From Candidatus Woesearchaeota archaeon (GTDB lineage: Archaea > Nanobdellota > Nanobdellia > Woesearchaeales > GW2011-AR4), in NCBI GenBank assembly GCA_016784105.1, contig JADHVG010000002.1:1-43656 (forward strand): a stretch of DNA of 43,656 nt. The letters run 5' to 3'. The notes under the pieces are model-generated. The model was given only the letters and a program-made list of their open reading frames with translations, did no database searches and was not told the origin of the DNA. This document shows positions 1 through 7,988 of the stretch, piece by piece (positions within the stretch are counted from its first letter, which is position 1; each line of letters starts with the position of its first letter). Both the position numbers and the translations under genes were made by a program.

Positions 1-1
1 C

Positions 2-892
2 CAAAAACCTGGATTTGTTGAATTTAAGATCCTAAATAATCTTCCACAATTAGATGATCTATGGTTTATGTTGGGAAGTAGATGTAATCTATCATGTAAG
101 CACTGTTACGTTGCTTCCTCTCCAACTAATGATAATTTAGAACAAATGTCTCTGGAAGATGTAATGCCTTTTTTGGAAGAAGCTAAATCTTTTGGGTTAA
201 AAAATATTTATTTCACGGGTGGAGAACCGTTCATCAATAAGGACATAATTGAGATATTGCAGAAATCATTAGAATACGGTAACGTAACTGTCCTTACTAA
301 CGCAACTTTTCCTTTAACAAGGTTTATTCCTTCTTTGAAAGAATTGAATGATAAAAGTTCTAATGAATTAAGATTTAGAGTTTCTTTGGATTATTTTTCT
401 AAAGAAAAACATGAAGCTATTCGTGGAAAAGGTAATTTTGATCTTACCCTAAAGAATGTTATTTCCTTGAAGAAATCTGGGTTTAAGGTTATCATAACAG
501 CAACCCCCCTAGTTTACGAAGATGGTAATACTTCGGAAAGTGCTTTACTTGGTTTTAAAGAATTATTTAAGAAAAATAATATTGATGTTGAAGTTAAAAT
601 GCTTCCTGAACTTGAGATGGGTTCTAATTTATCTAGGAAGAAACCTTCCAAGAAGGTATTTATCTCTGAGAACTGTATGAAGAGTGTAAATGAAGACATG
701 TTCCAATGTCATAATGGTAGAACCTTAGAGAAAATAGATGGCAAGATGGTTGTTTACCCATGTCCCATTATCTATTCTGACAAGAACTTTGAGCTTGCTA
801 ATAATCTAAAAGATTCCTTTGACAAGGTATTTTTAACTCATAAGGCATGTTATGATTTTTGTTACAAAAACGGTGGGAAGTGCACAAATTGA
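2..892 (+). CDS. Radical SAM protein, 5' end outside the window, with Cys-rich (SPASM/twitch-like) C-terminus
   Basis: The frame is open from nt 2 (QKPGFVEFKILNNLPQLDDLWF precedes the first Met). It has a CNLSCKHC CxxxCxxC cluster motif and a GGEPF motif. C-terminal cysteines are QCHNG, YPCP and ACYDFCYKNGGKC. TGA stop at 890-892. Confidence 0.8.
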   Translation, partial: QKPGFVEFKILNNLPQLDDLWFMLGSRCNLSCKHCYVASSPTNDNLEQMSLEDVMPFLEEAKSFGLKNIYFTGGEPFINKDIIEILQKSLEYGNVTVLTNATFPLTRFIPSLKELNDKSSNELRFRVSLDYFSKEKHEAIRGKGNFDLTLKNVISLKKSGFKVIITATPLVYEDGNTSESALLGFKELFKKNNIDVEVKMLPELEMGSNLSRKKPSKKVFISENCMKSVNEDMFQCHNGRTLEKIDGKMVVYPCPIIYSDKNFELANNLKDSFDKVFLTHKACYDFCYKNGGKCTN

Positions 893-984
893 TAGGAATA
901 ATAACTGGCTCAGGATTCTATTAGATTGTTTCTGGTAGAAAAGAGACTGTTGTATCTGTTTTTGGTAATGTTTTTGTTGATATT

Positions 985-1638
985 TTGGAGATTGATGGCC
1001 AGGAAGTAGCACACATCCCTAGACACGGTTCTAAACACGAGAAATTACCTAACATGATTAATCATAAAGCAAATATTGCTGCTTTGCACAAGTTAGGATG
1101 TAAGTTGATAGTTTCTACTTCGGTTTGTGGTTTAACTAATCCTAAACTTGAGCTTGGAAAACTATTATTGTTCTCTGACTTATTCTTTCCTGAGAATAGA
1201 CTTCCTAGTGGAGAACTGTGCACTTTCTTCATGGAACCTGGTGATATCAGAAGAGGACACTACATTACCAGTTCTCACTTCAACTCTCAAATACTCAAGC
1301 AATTGGAAAGCAAGGAAAGTTATTCTAATCTTACTTATGGTCATGTTAATGGTCCAAGATTTAATTCAAAATCCGAGATAGCTTTCCTCAAACAACACAC
1401 AGATGCAATATCACAAACATCTGGCCCAGAAGCCATCCTGAGTGGAGAGCTCGAAATACCTTACATCCTTCTCGGTTTCGGCATCGATTACGCGAACGGA
1501 ATCATGAAAGAACCGACACCAATAGAAACCCTCAACAAAAACCTAGAATTAAGTAAAGATGTCTTTAAGAAAACTATTTCTAAAATACTAAAAATGAAAG
1601 TTCCAAAATTTGAAGGGTTTGTCTATAGGTTTGAATAG
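985..1638 (+). CDS. S-methyl-5'-thioadenosine / purine nucleoside phosphorylase family protein, N-terminally disrupted (see finding)
   Basis: Family motifs are present: IPRHGSKH, INHKANIAAL, GPRFNS.SEI and GIDYANG. The track ORF starts at a TTG. The ancestral N-terminus (MIGIITGSGFY) lies upstream in the same frame, behind a TAG at 922-924. Confidence 0.7.
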   Translation: MEIDGQEVAHIPRHGSKHEKLPNMINHKANIAALHKLGCKLIVSTSVCGLTNPKLELGKLLLFSDLFFPENRLPSGELCTFFMEPGDIRRGHYITSSHFNSQILKQLESKESYSNLTYGHVNGPRFNSKSEIAFLKQHTDAISQTSGPEAILSGELEIPYILLGFGIDYANGIMKEPTPIETLNKNLELSKDVFKKTISKILKMKVPKFEGFVYRFE

Positions 1639-1747
1639 TGGAATAGCAATTTTAGTTAAATATTGCACTGGACATTCTCGCGTGAGGTTTATAAATAAGT
1701 TTAATTCTTATATATTAAAAAAGGTGATTGCATTGATAGTACAAGAA

Positions 1748-2389
1748 ATGGCTCTAGAACAGCGTCCTAGAGAAAGAGTTAAGGCTAATGGTGTTGAAGT
1801 TCTTTCTGATCCAGAATTATTAGCGATTATTTTACAGAATGGAAGCCAGGGAGAGAATGTTATTGACCTTTCTCATAGGTTAATCAACACTTTTGGTCTT
1901 GATAAATTAAATTCACTTTCTTTACAAGAATTAATGAAAATTAAAGGTATTAAATTGGCTAAAGCTTCTAAATTAATAGCTGCTTTTGAGTTAAGCAAAA
2001 GAGTTAATTCTGGCAAGATTTGTGAGAAAATTGTTTCTAATGCCGCAGATATTGCTTCTCATTACATGGAAAAACTAAAAGACCTAAAGAAAGAACATTT
2101 CATTGCTGTTTTCTTAGATACTAAAAACAAGATCATTTGTGATAAAGTTATTTCTATTGGAACCTTGAATTCTTCATTAGTACATCCACGTGAAGTCTTC
2201 AAAGAAGCCATTAAGGTAAGTGCTAATGCAATTATATTAGTGCATAATCATCCGAGTGGTGATTGTGAGGCTTCAGATGAGGATAGAAGGATTACTAAAA
2301 TTCTCATGGGTGCAGGTGAAATGGTCGGGATAAAAATTTTGGACCATATAATAATTGGTGAAGGTAAAAAATATGAAAGTATATGTTGA
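1748..2389 (+). CDS. radC: RadC-like JAB/MPN domain protein
   Basis: JAMM motif HNHPSGDCEASDED. N-terminal helix-hairpin-helix-like region (LSDPELLAIIL, LQELMKIKGIKLAKASKLIAAFEL). I prefer the ATG at 1748 to the 1610 extension, which overlaps the upstream gene. Confidence 0.85.
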   Translation: MALEQRPRERVKANGVEVLSDPELLAIILQNGSQGENVIDLSHRLINTFGLDKLNSLSLQELMKIKGIKLAKASKLIAAFELSKRVNSGKICEKIVSNAADIASHYMEKLKDLKKEHFIAVFLDTKNKIICDKVISIGTLNSSLVHPREVFKEAIKVSANAIILVHNHPSGDCEASDEDRRITKILMGAGEMVGIKILDHIIIGEGKKYESIC

Positions 2390-2762
2390 TACGTGTGTTT
2401 ATGTTGACCTTTTTGAAGGAAGAGTTAAAGCTGCTTTGGCATTCGACTTTTTTTCTCGTGGATGGAATTGTGCTTTTGAATTAGTAGTATCGGATTGGGT
2501 CAGATCAGAACTGGAAAGAAAAGGTATGGATAGTGAATATCCCCTACTTTTTGAAAAATTCAAGTCAAAGAACAAGCTTCATTTTGTAGAGCATACAGAA
2601 AAAGAACTCAAACTTGCTAAATCCAAATCAGAACACTGGCAGGACTATCTACACTATTTAATTGCAAAGAAATCCGGTTGTGATAAGATAGTAACTCATG
2701 ATAATGAGTTCATTACCTCTTTTTCACCCATCTTCGATATAGCTTATCCTGAGAATGTTTAG
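2373..2762 (+). CDS. PIN-domain nuclease (VapC-like)
   Basis: MKVYVDTCVYV gives the N-terminal Asp, SELER a mid acidic residue, and CDKIVTHDNEF the C-terminal T.D.xF motif. The GGTGAAGG element lies upstream of the ATG at 2373. The gene overlaps the radC 3' end by 17 nt. Confidence 0.6.
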   Translation: MKVYVDTCVYVDLFEGRVKAALAFDFFSRGWNCAFELVVSDWVRSELERKGMDSEYPLLFEKFKSKNKLHFVEHTEKELKLAKSKSEHWQDYLHYLIAKKSGCDKIVTHDNEFITSFSPIFDIAYPENV

Positions 2763-3633
2763 AATTAGTGTAATCAATAACCAAGTTTTCTATAATTCTA
2801 TTACTCTCAATTTTGATTTCATTAATTTTTTCCTGAAGATGAAGGTCTATGGAGTCTCCATAATAATCCCTCAAAGATTCTTTAAAAACTACTAATGAAA
2901 TATATTTCCAGACGTGTTCTGTGAATAAAAATTTTGATTTTTCCCATCCTAGAAGTAATGAAGTCCTAACAAAATCAGACACTGTGCTTATTGTTTCTTT
3001 GGGTGTTAGTTTAATTAAATCCATTAATAATCCATTAAGCTCATCTTTTTCTATTTCTGGTTTTGTAATCAATTTTTCTTTTAAAAGATAGAGTTCATTA
3101 TTTTCTTTCGAGTATACTTTCTTTTGTAGTTCTTCGCTTGTTAATTTACAGTACTCTTCCACTTTTCGTTTTATTAATTCTTTTTCATCCTTGTCTAATT
3201 CTTGATGTTTATGTTCAGTACCCCTGTAAATTCTCACTGCGCATGGTCCATGCTGATACCATCCAATCGGGAAGTTTCTTTCCTTATTTAATTCCCAAAG
3301 AATTTTGTATACTTGAGTTTTTGTTGGTTCTTTATTGTAAAGTTTTAGACATGTCTCTTTTATGTATGAATAAATGGTGGATAATTTTTTGTTATCTTCT
3401 TCTTTAATAGGTAAGTCAAAATAAGAGTCAGGATTATTTCTTAATTGTATATGTCTTTCTCTTCCCAATTTTTTTGTTTTCAGAACTCCTGCTTTTTCAA
3501 AAGCAGATATGTACTGAGAAAGTGTTACCCTGTTTATCTTAGAAGATTTACTCAGCTGATTTAGTGTTTGCTCTCCAATTCTAAGCGCATTAAGTACTAC
3601 TGGAATGATCTCTGAAGGTGAATTTCTTTCCAT
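2713..3633 (-). CDS. wHTH protein with uncharacterised C-terminal domain
   Basis: The N-terminal 65 aa look like a winged helix (QTLNQLSKSSKINRVTLSQYISAFEKAGVLKTKKLGRERH). The central segment QVYKILWELNKERNFPIGWYQHGPCAVRIY faintly resembles the SocA/Panacea (DUF4065) core. The 3' end overlaps the convergent PIN gene by 50 nt. Confidence 0.55.
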   Translation of the reverse strand: MERNSPSEIIPVVLNALRIGEQTLNQLSKSSKINRVTLSQYISAFEKAGVLKTKKLGRERHIQLRNNPDSYFDLPIKEEDNKKLSTIYSYIKETCLKLYNKEPTKTQVYKILWELNKERNFPIGWYQHGPCAVRIYRGTEHKHQELDKDEKELIKRKVEEYCKLTSEELQKKVYSKENNELYLLKEKLITKPEIEKDELNGLLMDLIKLTPKETISTVSDFVRTSLLLGWEKSKFLFTEHVWKYISLVVFKESLRDYYGDSIDLHLQEKINEIKIESNRIIENLVIDYTNSKHSQDKLYRRWVKKR

Positions 3634-3706
3634 AAGCTATAATTTGTTGATCATACTATATAAATATTTTGGTTTACTTGTTTATTTATATGATAATTAT
3701 AGCTTA
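3633..3706. repeat. Perfect 12-bp inverted repeat TAAGCTATAATT (3633-3644) / AATTATAGCTTA (3695-3706) with a 50-nt spacer
   Basis: Read directly from the sequence. The arms bracket the TATA candidate, and the left arm abuts the start codon of the wHTH gene. Confidence 0.8.
3657..3664 (-). promoter_or_regulatory. TATA-box candidate (TTTATATA on the minus strand) for the wHTH gene, implying a leaderless mRNA
   Basis: The plus strand reads tatataaa at 3657-3664, centred about 27 nt upstream of the start codon at 3633-3631, with an A-rich BRE-like flank. Confidence 0.5.
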
Positions 3707-3731
3707 CATATATTTATAAAAGAAAAGATAC

Positions 3732-4013
3732 TTAGCATTTGAATTTCGGGTTTCTATTGTACCCAATTTTTGGTTCATTGGATTTATGTTTCAAAATAAA
3801 TTCTACTTCTTTTTTATTAACTTCTTCATCTGTTGCTTTTTCAGATTGCCAGAGAATTTCCCTTCTAATTGTAAAATTTTTCTTTTCGTCATCTGAAAAA
3901 TCTTGTTCCAATAGTTTACTATTTGGAGTGCCGAAATATCTAAATGTTCCGGTTAAATCTTTTCCCACATATATTTTACCATTAGGATAAGTTATTTTGT
4001 ACATCCATTTCAT
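3732..4013 (-). CDS. Stand-alone GIY-YIG nuclease-domain protein (93 aa)
   Basis: MYKITYPNGKIYVGK gives the GIY...YIG spacing. It is followed by FRYFG (Arg), KKEVEFI (Glu) and GYNRN (Asn). The start lies 9 nt after the stop of the DUF2075 gene. Confidence 0.6.
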   Translation of the reverse strand: MKWMYKITYPNGKIYVGKDLTGTFRYFGTPNSKLLEQDFSDDEKKNFTIRREILWQSEKATDEEVNKKEVEFILKHKSNEPKIGYNRNPKFKC

Positions 4014-4022
4014 TTTACAGCT

Positions 4023-5894
4023 TTATTTTTTAATACAAGATTTGATATACTCCTGTAACTCTTTATCACAACAATAAACATAACACCCTTTTTGACCCCT
4101 AGTCATTAAAGTTCTATAAGTATTTTTAATTATTTCTTCTGCAATCTTTTTAGCTCTTTCTGGATTATTTTTTGCCATCTTCTTAATCCCTTTCAATGAT
4201 TGATCTGTCTTCGCTCGTTTATTGTAATCAGTAATAAGATTACCAGACCTAAATCTTAAATCTAACCCGATTATTACTCCAACATAATCAAATTCTAACC
4301 CTTGACAAGTATGAATACATCCTATTTCATTTACTGATTCTTTATCTATTGCCCAAGTAGAAGTGTTGCCCAAATTCCAACTCATTGAAAATTTAAATTG
4401 AGGCAGAGATATATCGTGAATGTTGCTTTTATCTTTCCCTTCTTTATTCCAATCCCAACAATATCCCGCCAATAGTCTTGCCTTGTTGTTCTCCTTATTT
4501 TTTTCTAATATCATTTCTTTTAATTTATTTGGGTCATCAATAATTCTAAAATTATATTCTCCCTCAAATCCATCAAAATTGGCAGTTTCACGTATACCTA
4601 ATAAATTATCAAGCCATGCAAGGTATCCATCTGAACCATTACACCTAAATTGTGAGTTTAACTCAACTATTTTTATTCCAGCATTAAATAATGATGCATA
4701 TTTTTTAATTTCAGATTTCCTTCCTATGTCAAAAATATCAATTTTCTGGCTTTCATCAATAAAAAATATACTAAATTTAGAGGAATTGATAATCTCTTTG
4801 ATTTGATTTTCTCCAAAATTTTTAAAAAAACCTGATTTTTCATTTAACCTATGTGCTTCATCTACAACTAAAACATCAAATACATTCTTATCACAATCGT
4901 GAAATATTCCAGAACTTTTGAATAAATTATCTATATGAGATTTTGTTGTTGTCCCTTTTAGCTTAGATGAATATACATTTCTGGGAGCCGAATTTTTTGA
5001 AATATAATGTACTACCATATTTTTATTGGTTAGTTTTACTAATAAATTTACAGCTAAGACTGATTTTCCAGTTCCTGGTCCGCCTTCCACTATTAGTACT
5101 CTTTTTTTGTTATCTTTAAAAGATTTAAGAGCCATAGATACTGCTTCTTCATAGACAATTTTTTGATCATCAATCAATGTAAATTCGTCATTACCCTCTA
5201 ATAAATTAACTAAAGAATCTTGTAGAGTTTTTGATGGTTTTAGCCTACCTTGGTCTATCTGGTATAATGTGTATTTATTATCGCCATATTTTATGAATTT
5301 AGATATAAATCTTCTAAGTTTCAGAACTTCTCCTTTTGTGTATATAGGAGCTTTTTCAAGATAATATGAATAAATCGGGTCTTCTATTTCAGGATTCTTA
5401 CTTCTATCTAGATTATGCAAAAAAGCACAAGGATAAATGCCAATATTCTCTTTTTGGACATTTTCATTAAAATCTTTAATTAAATTATGGTAAGACCATA
5501 CTTGGTAAGAAGGGTGAGTAGTTTCATGTATCCCCCTTCCTAATGGTGTTTTTACTATTGCATCCTTGCCATCAACCTTGTATACCTCATCCCACCTTTT
5601 TAACTCTATTATAACAACTAGATTATCTTTCTTTTCACCTTTGCCAGAAATTATGAAATCTACTCTTTTGCTAGTAGCTGGAATACGAAATTCAATAGCT
5701 ATCCCACAATTATTTGGAATTTCCTCTGATTGCACCACTTTATACATATATTGCATAGAATCTGACCATGAACTAATCTCTTTTTTAGATACTCCTCCAA
5801 TCTTTCTATGGTAATTGCTGTAGATTTCATCAGAAATAGTATCGTTTAAGACAGAATTGCAAAAATCATTTTTTGTTCCTTCGTATACTAACAT
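4023..5894 (-). CDS. DUF2075-family SF1-like ATPase/helicase with N-terminal PD-(D/E)xK nuclease-like module
   Basis: Walker A is VEGGPGTGKSV and Walker B/DEAH is VLVVDEAHRL. DUF2075-typical blocks are present: FFIDESQKI, SQFRCNGSDGYLAWLDNLL, AGYCWDW, CIHTCQGLEFDYVGVIIG, LMTRGQKGCYVY. The N-terminus has RVDFII ... VVIIELKRW (D ... ExK). Confidence 0.85.
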   Translation of the reverse strand: MLVYEGTKNDFCNSVLNDTISDEIYSNYHRKIGGVSKKEISSWSDSMQYMYKVVQSEEIPNNCGIAIEFRIPATSKRVDFIISGKGEKKDNLVVIIELKRWDEVYKVDGKDAIVKTPLGRGIHETTHPSYQVWSYHNLIKDFNENVQKENIGIYPCAFLHNLDRSKNPEIEDPIYSYYLEKAPIYTKGEVLKLRRFISKFIKYGDNKYTLYQIDQGRLKPSKTLQDSLVNLLEGNDEFTLIDDQKIVYEEAVSMALKSFKDNKKRVLIVEGGPGTGKSVLAVNLLVKLTNKNMVVHYISKNSAPRNVYSSKLKGTTTKSHIDNLFKSSGIFHDCDKNVFDVLVVDEAHRLNEKSGFFKNFGENQIKEIINSSKFSIFFIDESQKIDIFDIGRKSEIKKYASLFNAGIKIVELNSQFRCNGSDGYLAWLDNLLGIRETANFDGFEGEYNFRIIDDPNKLKEMILEKNKENNKARLLAGYCWDWNKEGKDKSNIHDISLPQFKFSMSWNLGNTSTWAIDKESVNEIGCIHTCQGLEFDYVGVIIGLDLRFRSGNLITDYNKRAKTDQSLKGIKKMAKNNPERAKKIAEEIIKNTYRTLMTRGQKGCYVYCCDKELQEYIKSCIKK

Positions 5895-5896
5895 GT

Positions 5897-6259
5897 TTAT
5901 AACTCATTATATTTTTTATTTGACCCTTTCGCTTTTTCGATTGGGTATTTTTCTTCATTCTTTTCCATTTTTTTATTTAAGGCTGTTGTTAGGTCTATAT
6001 CATATCTTTGTACAAGTCTTAATAAAAAATAAAGAGTATCAGCAATTTCTTCAGAAATCTTGCTTTTCTTATTTTCATCTTGAAACATTTTATCAACGTC
6101 TTTTTCGGATTTGAATCTAAAATGATGAAGAAGTTCAGATGATTCTGTAATAATTCCAATAACCAGTTCCTTTGCATTGTGGTATTGATCCCAGTCTCTA
6201 TCTCCACAGAATTTCTTGATTTTTTCTTTTAGTTCTTTTATGGTTGTCTTATCATCCAT
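5897..6259 (-). CDS. MazG-like (all-alpha) nucleoside-triphosphate pyrophosphohydrolase
   Basis: Motifs RDWDQYHNAKELVIGIITESSELLHHF, EEIADTLYFLLRL..YDIDL and KMEKNEEKYP are typical of the MazG/dCTP-pyrophosphatase-like fold. There are gaps of 2 and 3 nt to the neighbouring genes. Confidence 0.75.
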   Translation of the reverse strand: MDDKTTIKELKEKIKKFCGDRDWDQYHNAKELVIGIITESSELLHHFRFKSEKDVDKMFQDENKKSKISEEIADTLYFLLRLVQRYDIDLTTALNKKMEKNEEKYPIEKAKGSNKKYNEL

Positions 6260-6262
6260 CTT

Positions 6263-7435
6263 TCACTTTTTCCCTAAACTCAATCTATAATTCTCAGCTT
6301 TTGTTATAAACTTCCCTATGTCCTTTTTTAATTCTTTGGGCAATTTACCTTCCTTAACCAATTTACTTAGCTTAAACGTATCCAAGTCTGAAAGTTCTTC
6401 CCACAGTCCTTTATCTTTAATTAATTCATTCAACTCATCCCTATCTTTTTTTGCAGGAAATGATATTGTTTCAAAAGTCTTCAAAGATATTTTCTTGTTG
6501 CTTCCGTACACTGCGCTAATCTCCTTTTGTTTAGAAAACTCAATAAGTTTTTCCTTGATTTCCTCCATCTCTTTTTCCAATTCGCTAATTGTAGTTTTCA
6601 AAGCAGAAAACTTATCTACTAATTTAAGACCGTCATCTTCCTTAAACCCTTCAATGGTTTTTTGCTCTAATTCATAATCATGCTTGAAAGCAGGGCATAT
6701 TTGCTTAAATTCGCACCAATCACAAAGTCTTGTGACGTTTGTAGGAAACTCTTTACAAGCTTTAATCTCTTCAATCAGTGATTCAACTTCAGATTGTAAT
6801 TGTATAAGCTGTTCATCTGTCCTTATAGAGATTATCTCCTTGTCAAAGGCCAGAAAATGCCAGGTTAACTTAACAGACTTATAATCTGGAAAAGTTTTCT
6901 TAACCCAGATTGAATACATAGCTAATTGTCTATCTTCATCCAACTCATCTTGAGTCTTTAATGAAGAATTTGTCTTATAATCAACAATGAAGTAATTGCC
7001 CTCTTTATCTGCTGAAAGTCTATCGATTCTAATATGATAACTATCTCCATTAGAAAGAGGAAGCATGTTTTGAGTTTCTAATCCTAAAGTTATTAAGCTA
7101 TTAAACGGTTTATGACGATCATAATAATCAATTAAGCACTTAGTGCCTATTTTTTTGTAATTATCTACGCTATATTCTTTTTTTGCTATAAGGATATCTT
7201 CACTCCATTCCTTATTCCACAGCTCTTCATAAAATCCCAAAATTTCTTCTTTAGAATTAATTTTTTGATATTGAAGATCCTTATAGAGTTTATACAATGT
7301 CCTATGCACCATATCTCCCATAAACATCTCAACAGTTGTTGGAATTTCAACTTTGACCTTATCAATATATCTTAACTTAAACTTATACTTACAATGTTGA
7401 AAAGTTCCAAGTCTTGAATGTGAATAAGTTGTCAT
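6263..7435 (-). CDS. Cas4/RecB-like PD-(D/E)xK exonuclease with 4-Cys Fe-S signature and about 130-aa coiled-coil-rich C-terminal extension
   Basis: The N-terminus is YSHSRLGTFQHCKYKF (first Cys). Further motifs are GDMVHRTL, IRIDRLS...FIVDYKT and QLAMYS (QxxxY), followed by CDWCEFKQIC (C-x2-C-x5-C). Confidence 0.8.
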   Translation of the reverse strand: MTTYSHSRLGTFQHCKYKFKLRYIDKVKVEIPTTVEMFMGDMVHRTLYKLYKDLQYQKINSKEEILGFYEELWNKEWSEDILIAKKEYSVDNYKKIGTKCLIDYYDRHKPFNSLITLGLETQNMLPLSNGDSYHIRIDRLSADKEGNYFIVDYKTNSSLKTQDELDEDRQLAMYSIWVKKTFPDYKSVKLTWHFLAFDKEIISIRTDEQLIQLQSEVESLIEEIKACKEFPTNVTRLCDWCEFKQICPAFKHDYELEQKTIEGFKEDDGLKLVDKFSALKTTISELEKEMEEIKEKLIEFSKQKEISAVYGSNKKISLKTFETISFPAKKDRDELNELIKDKGLWEELSDLDTFKLSKLVKEGKLPKELKKDIGKFITKAENYRLSLGKK

Positions 7436-7436
7436 T

Positions 7437-7985
7437 TTATATAATAATTAATTCTTTATTTTTAATATCTGCATAGATTATTTTTATTCCTTCTTGTTTA
7501 AATGACCCTACTTCTTTTTCAGTCAACTTCCCAGCAAAATCAAAATAAATAAAAAATTTGTTTGAGCCTACATCATAATCAACATCTACTTCTTTTAATT
7601 TTTTTATATCTTCCTTAAAATTTTTAATTATAGTGTTTTTTGAAGGAGTCCATGTGTTTTTTAATTCAAATACTGCAATTAATTTTTTGATGCTTAGATT
7701 TTCAGGCATGCCAAAATTTTCAGGTTTTCCTGATTTCTTGAGTTTATAATCTGCACTTTTCTTATCAAATATTATGAGGTCATGTTTCATGTTACCTCTT
7801 CCAGAATTTTCTGTTGTCCACTCAGTTGTCAAGGTGTTTTCACAACGAGGATTTAATCTACTGTACAGCTCACAACACAAATCATTCTCACTGATAATAA
7901 AAGGGACTTTCCCTTCTTGATTAGAATCACAAGTTTTTTCAAAAATCTCAGTTATTATCTTTTTAACTTCTTGATGTAGATTCAT
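7437..7985 (-). CDS. Small PD-(D/E)xK-like (restriction-endonuclease fold) protein
   Basis: The pattern E...D...ExK is present as SENDLCCELY, HDLIIFD and IAVFELK. There is a 1-nt gap to the downstream gene and a 3-nt gap to the upstream gene. Confidence 0.5.
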   Translation of the reverse strand: MNLHQEVKKIITEIFEKTCDSNQEGKVPFIISENDLCCELYSRLNPRCENTLTTEWTTENSGRGNMKHDLIIFDKKSADYKLKKSGKPENFGMPENLSIKKLIAVFELKNTWTPSKNTIIKNFKEDIKKLKEVDVDYDVGSNKFFIYFDFAGKLTEKEVGSFKQEGIKIIYADIKNKELIII

Positions 7986-7988
7986 TTT

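Noticed and set aside
922-924. Stop-codon reassignment (TAG at 922, TGA at 41323) as an explanation for the interrupted frames
   Set aside because: TAG terminates thyA and the MTAP-family gene itself. TGA terminates the radical-SAM, radC, folA and other well-defined genes at positions consistent with full-length homologues. The standard code therefore applies. No Pyl or Sec machinery or redox-type Sec context was seen in the window.
1610-1747. The N-terminal 46-codon extension of the RadC ORF in the track
   Set aside because: The extension overlaps the 3' end of the MTAP-family gene and has no RadC-like sequence. RadC homology begins right after the ATG at 1748 (MALEQRPRER).
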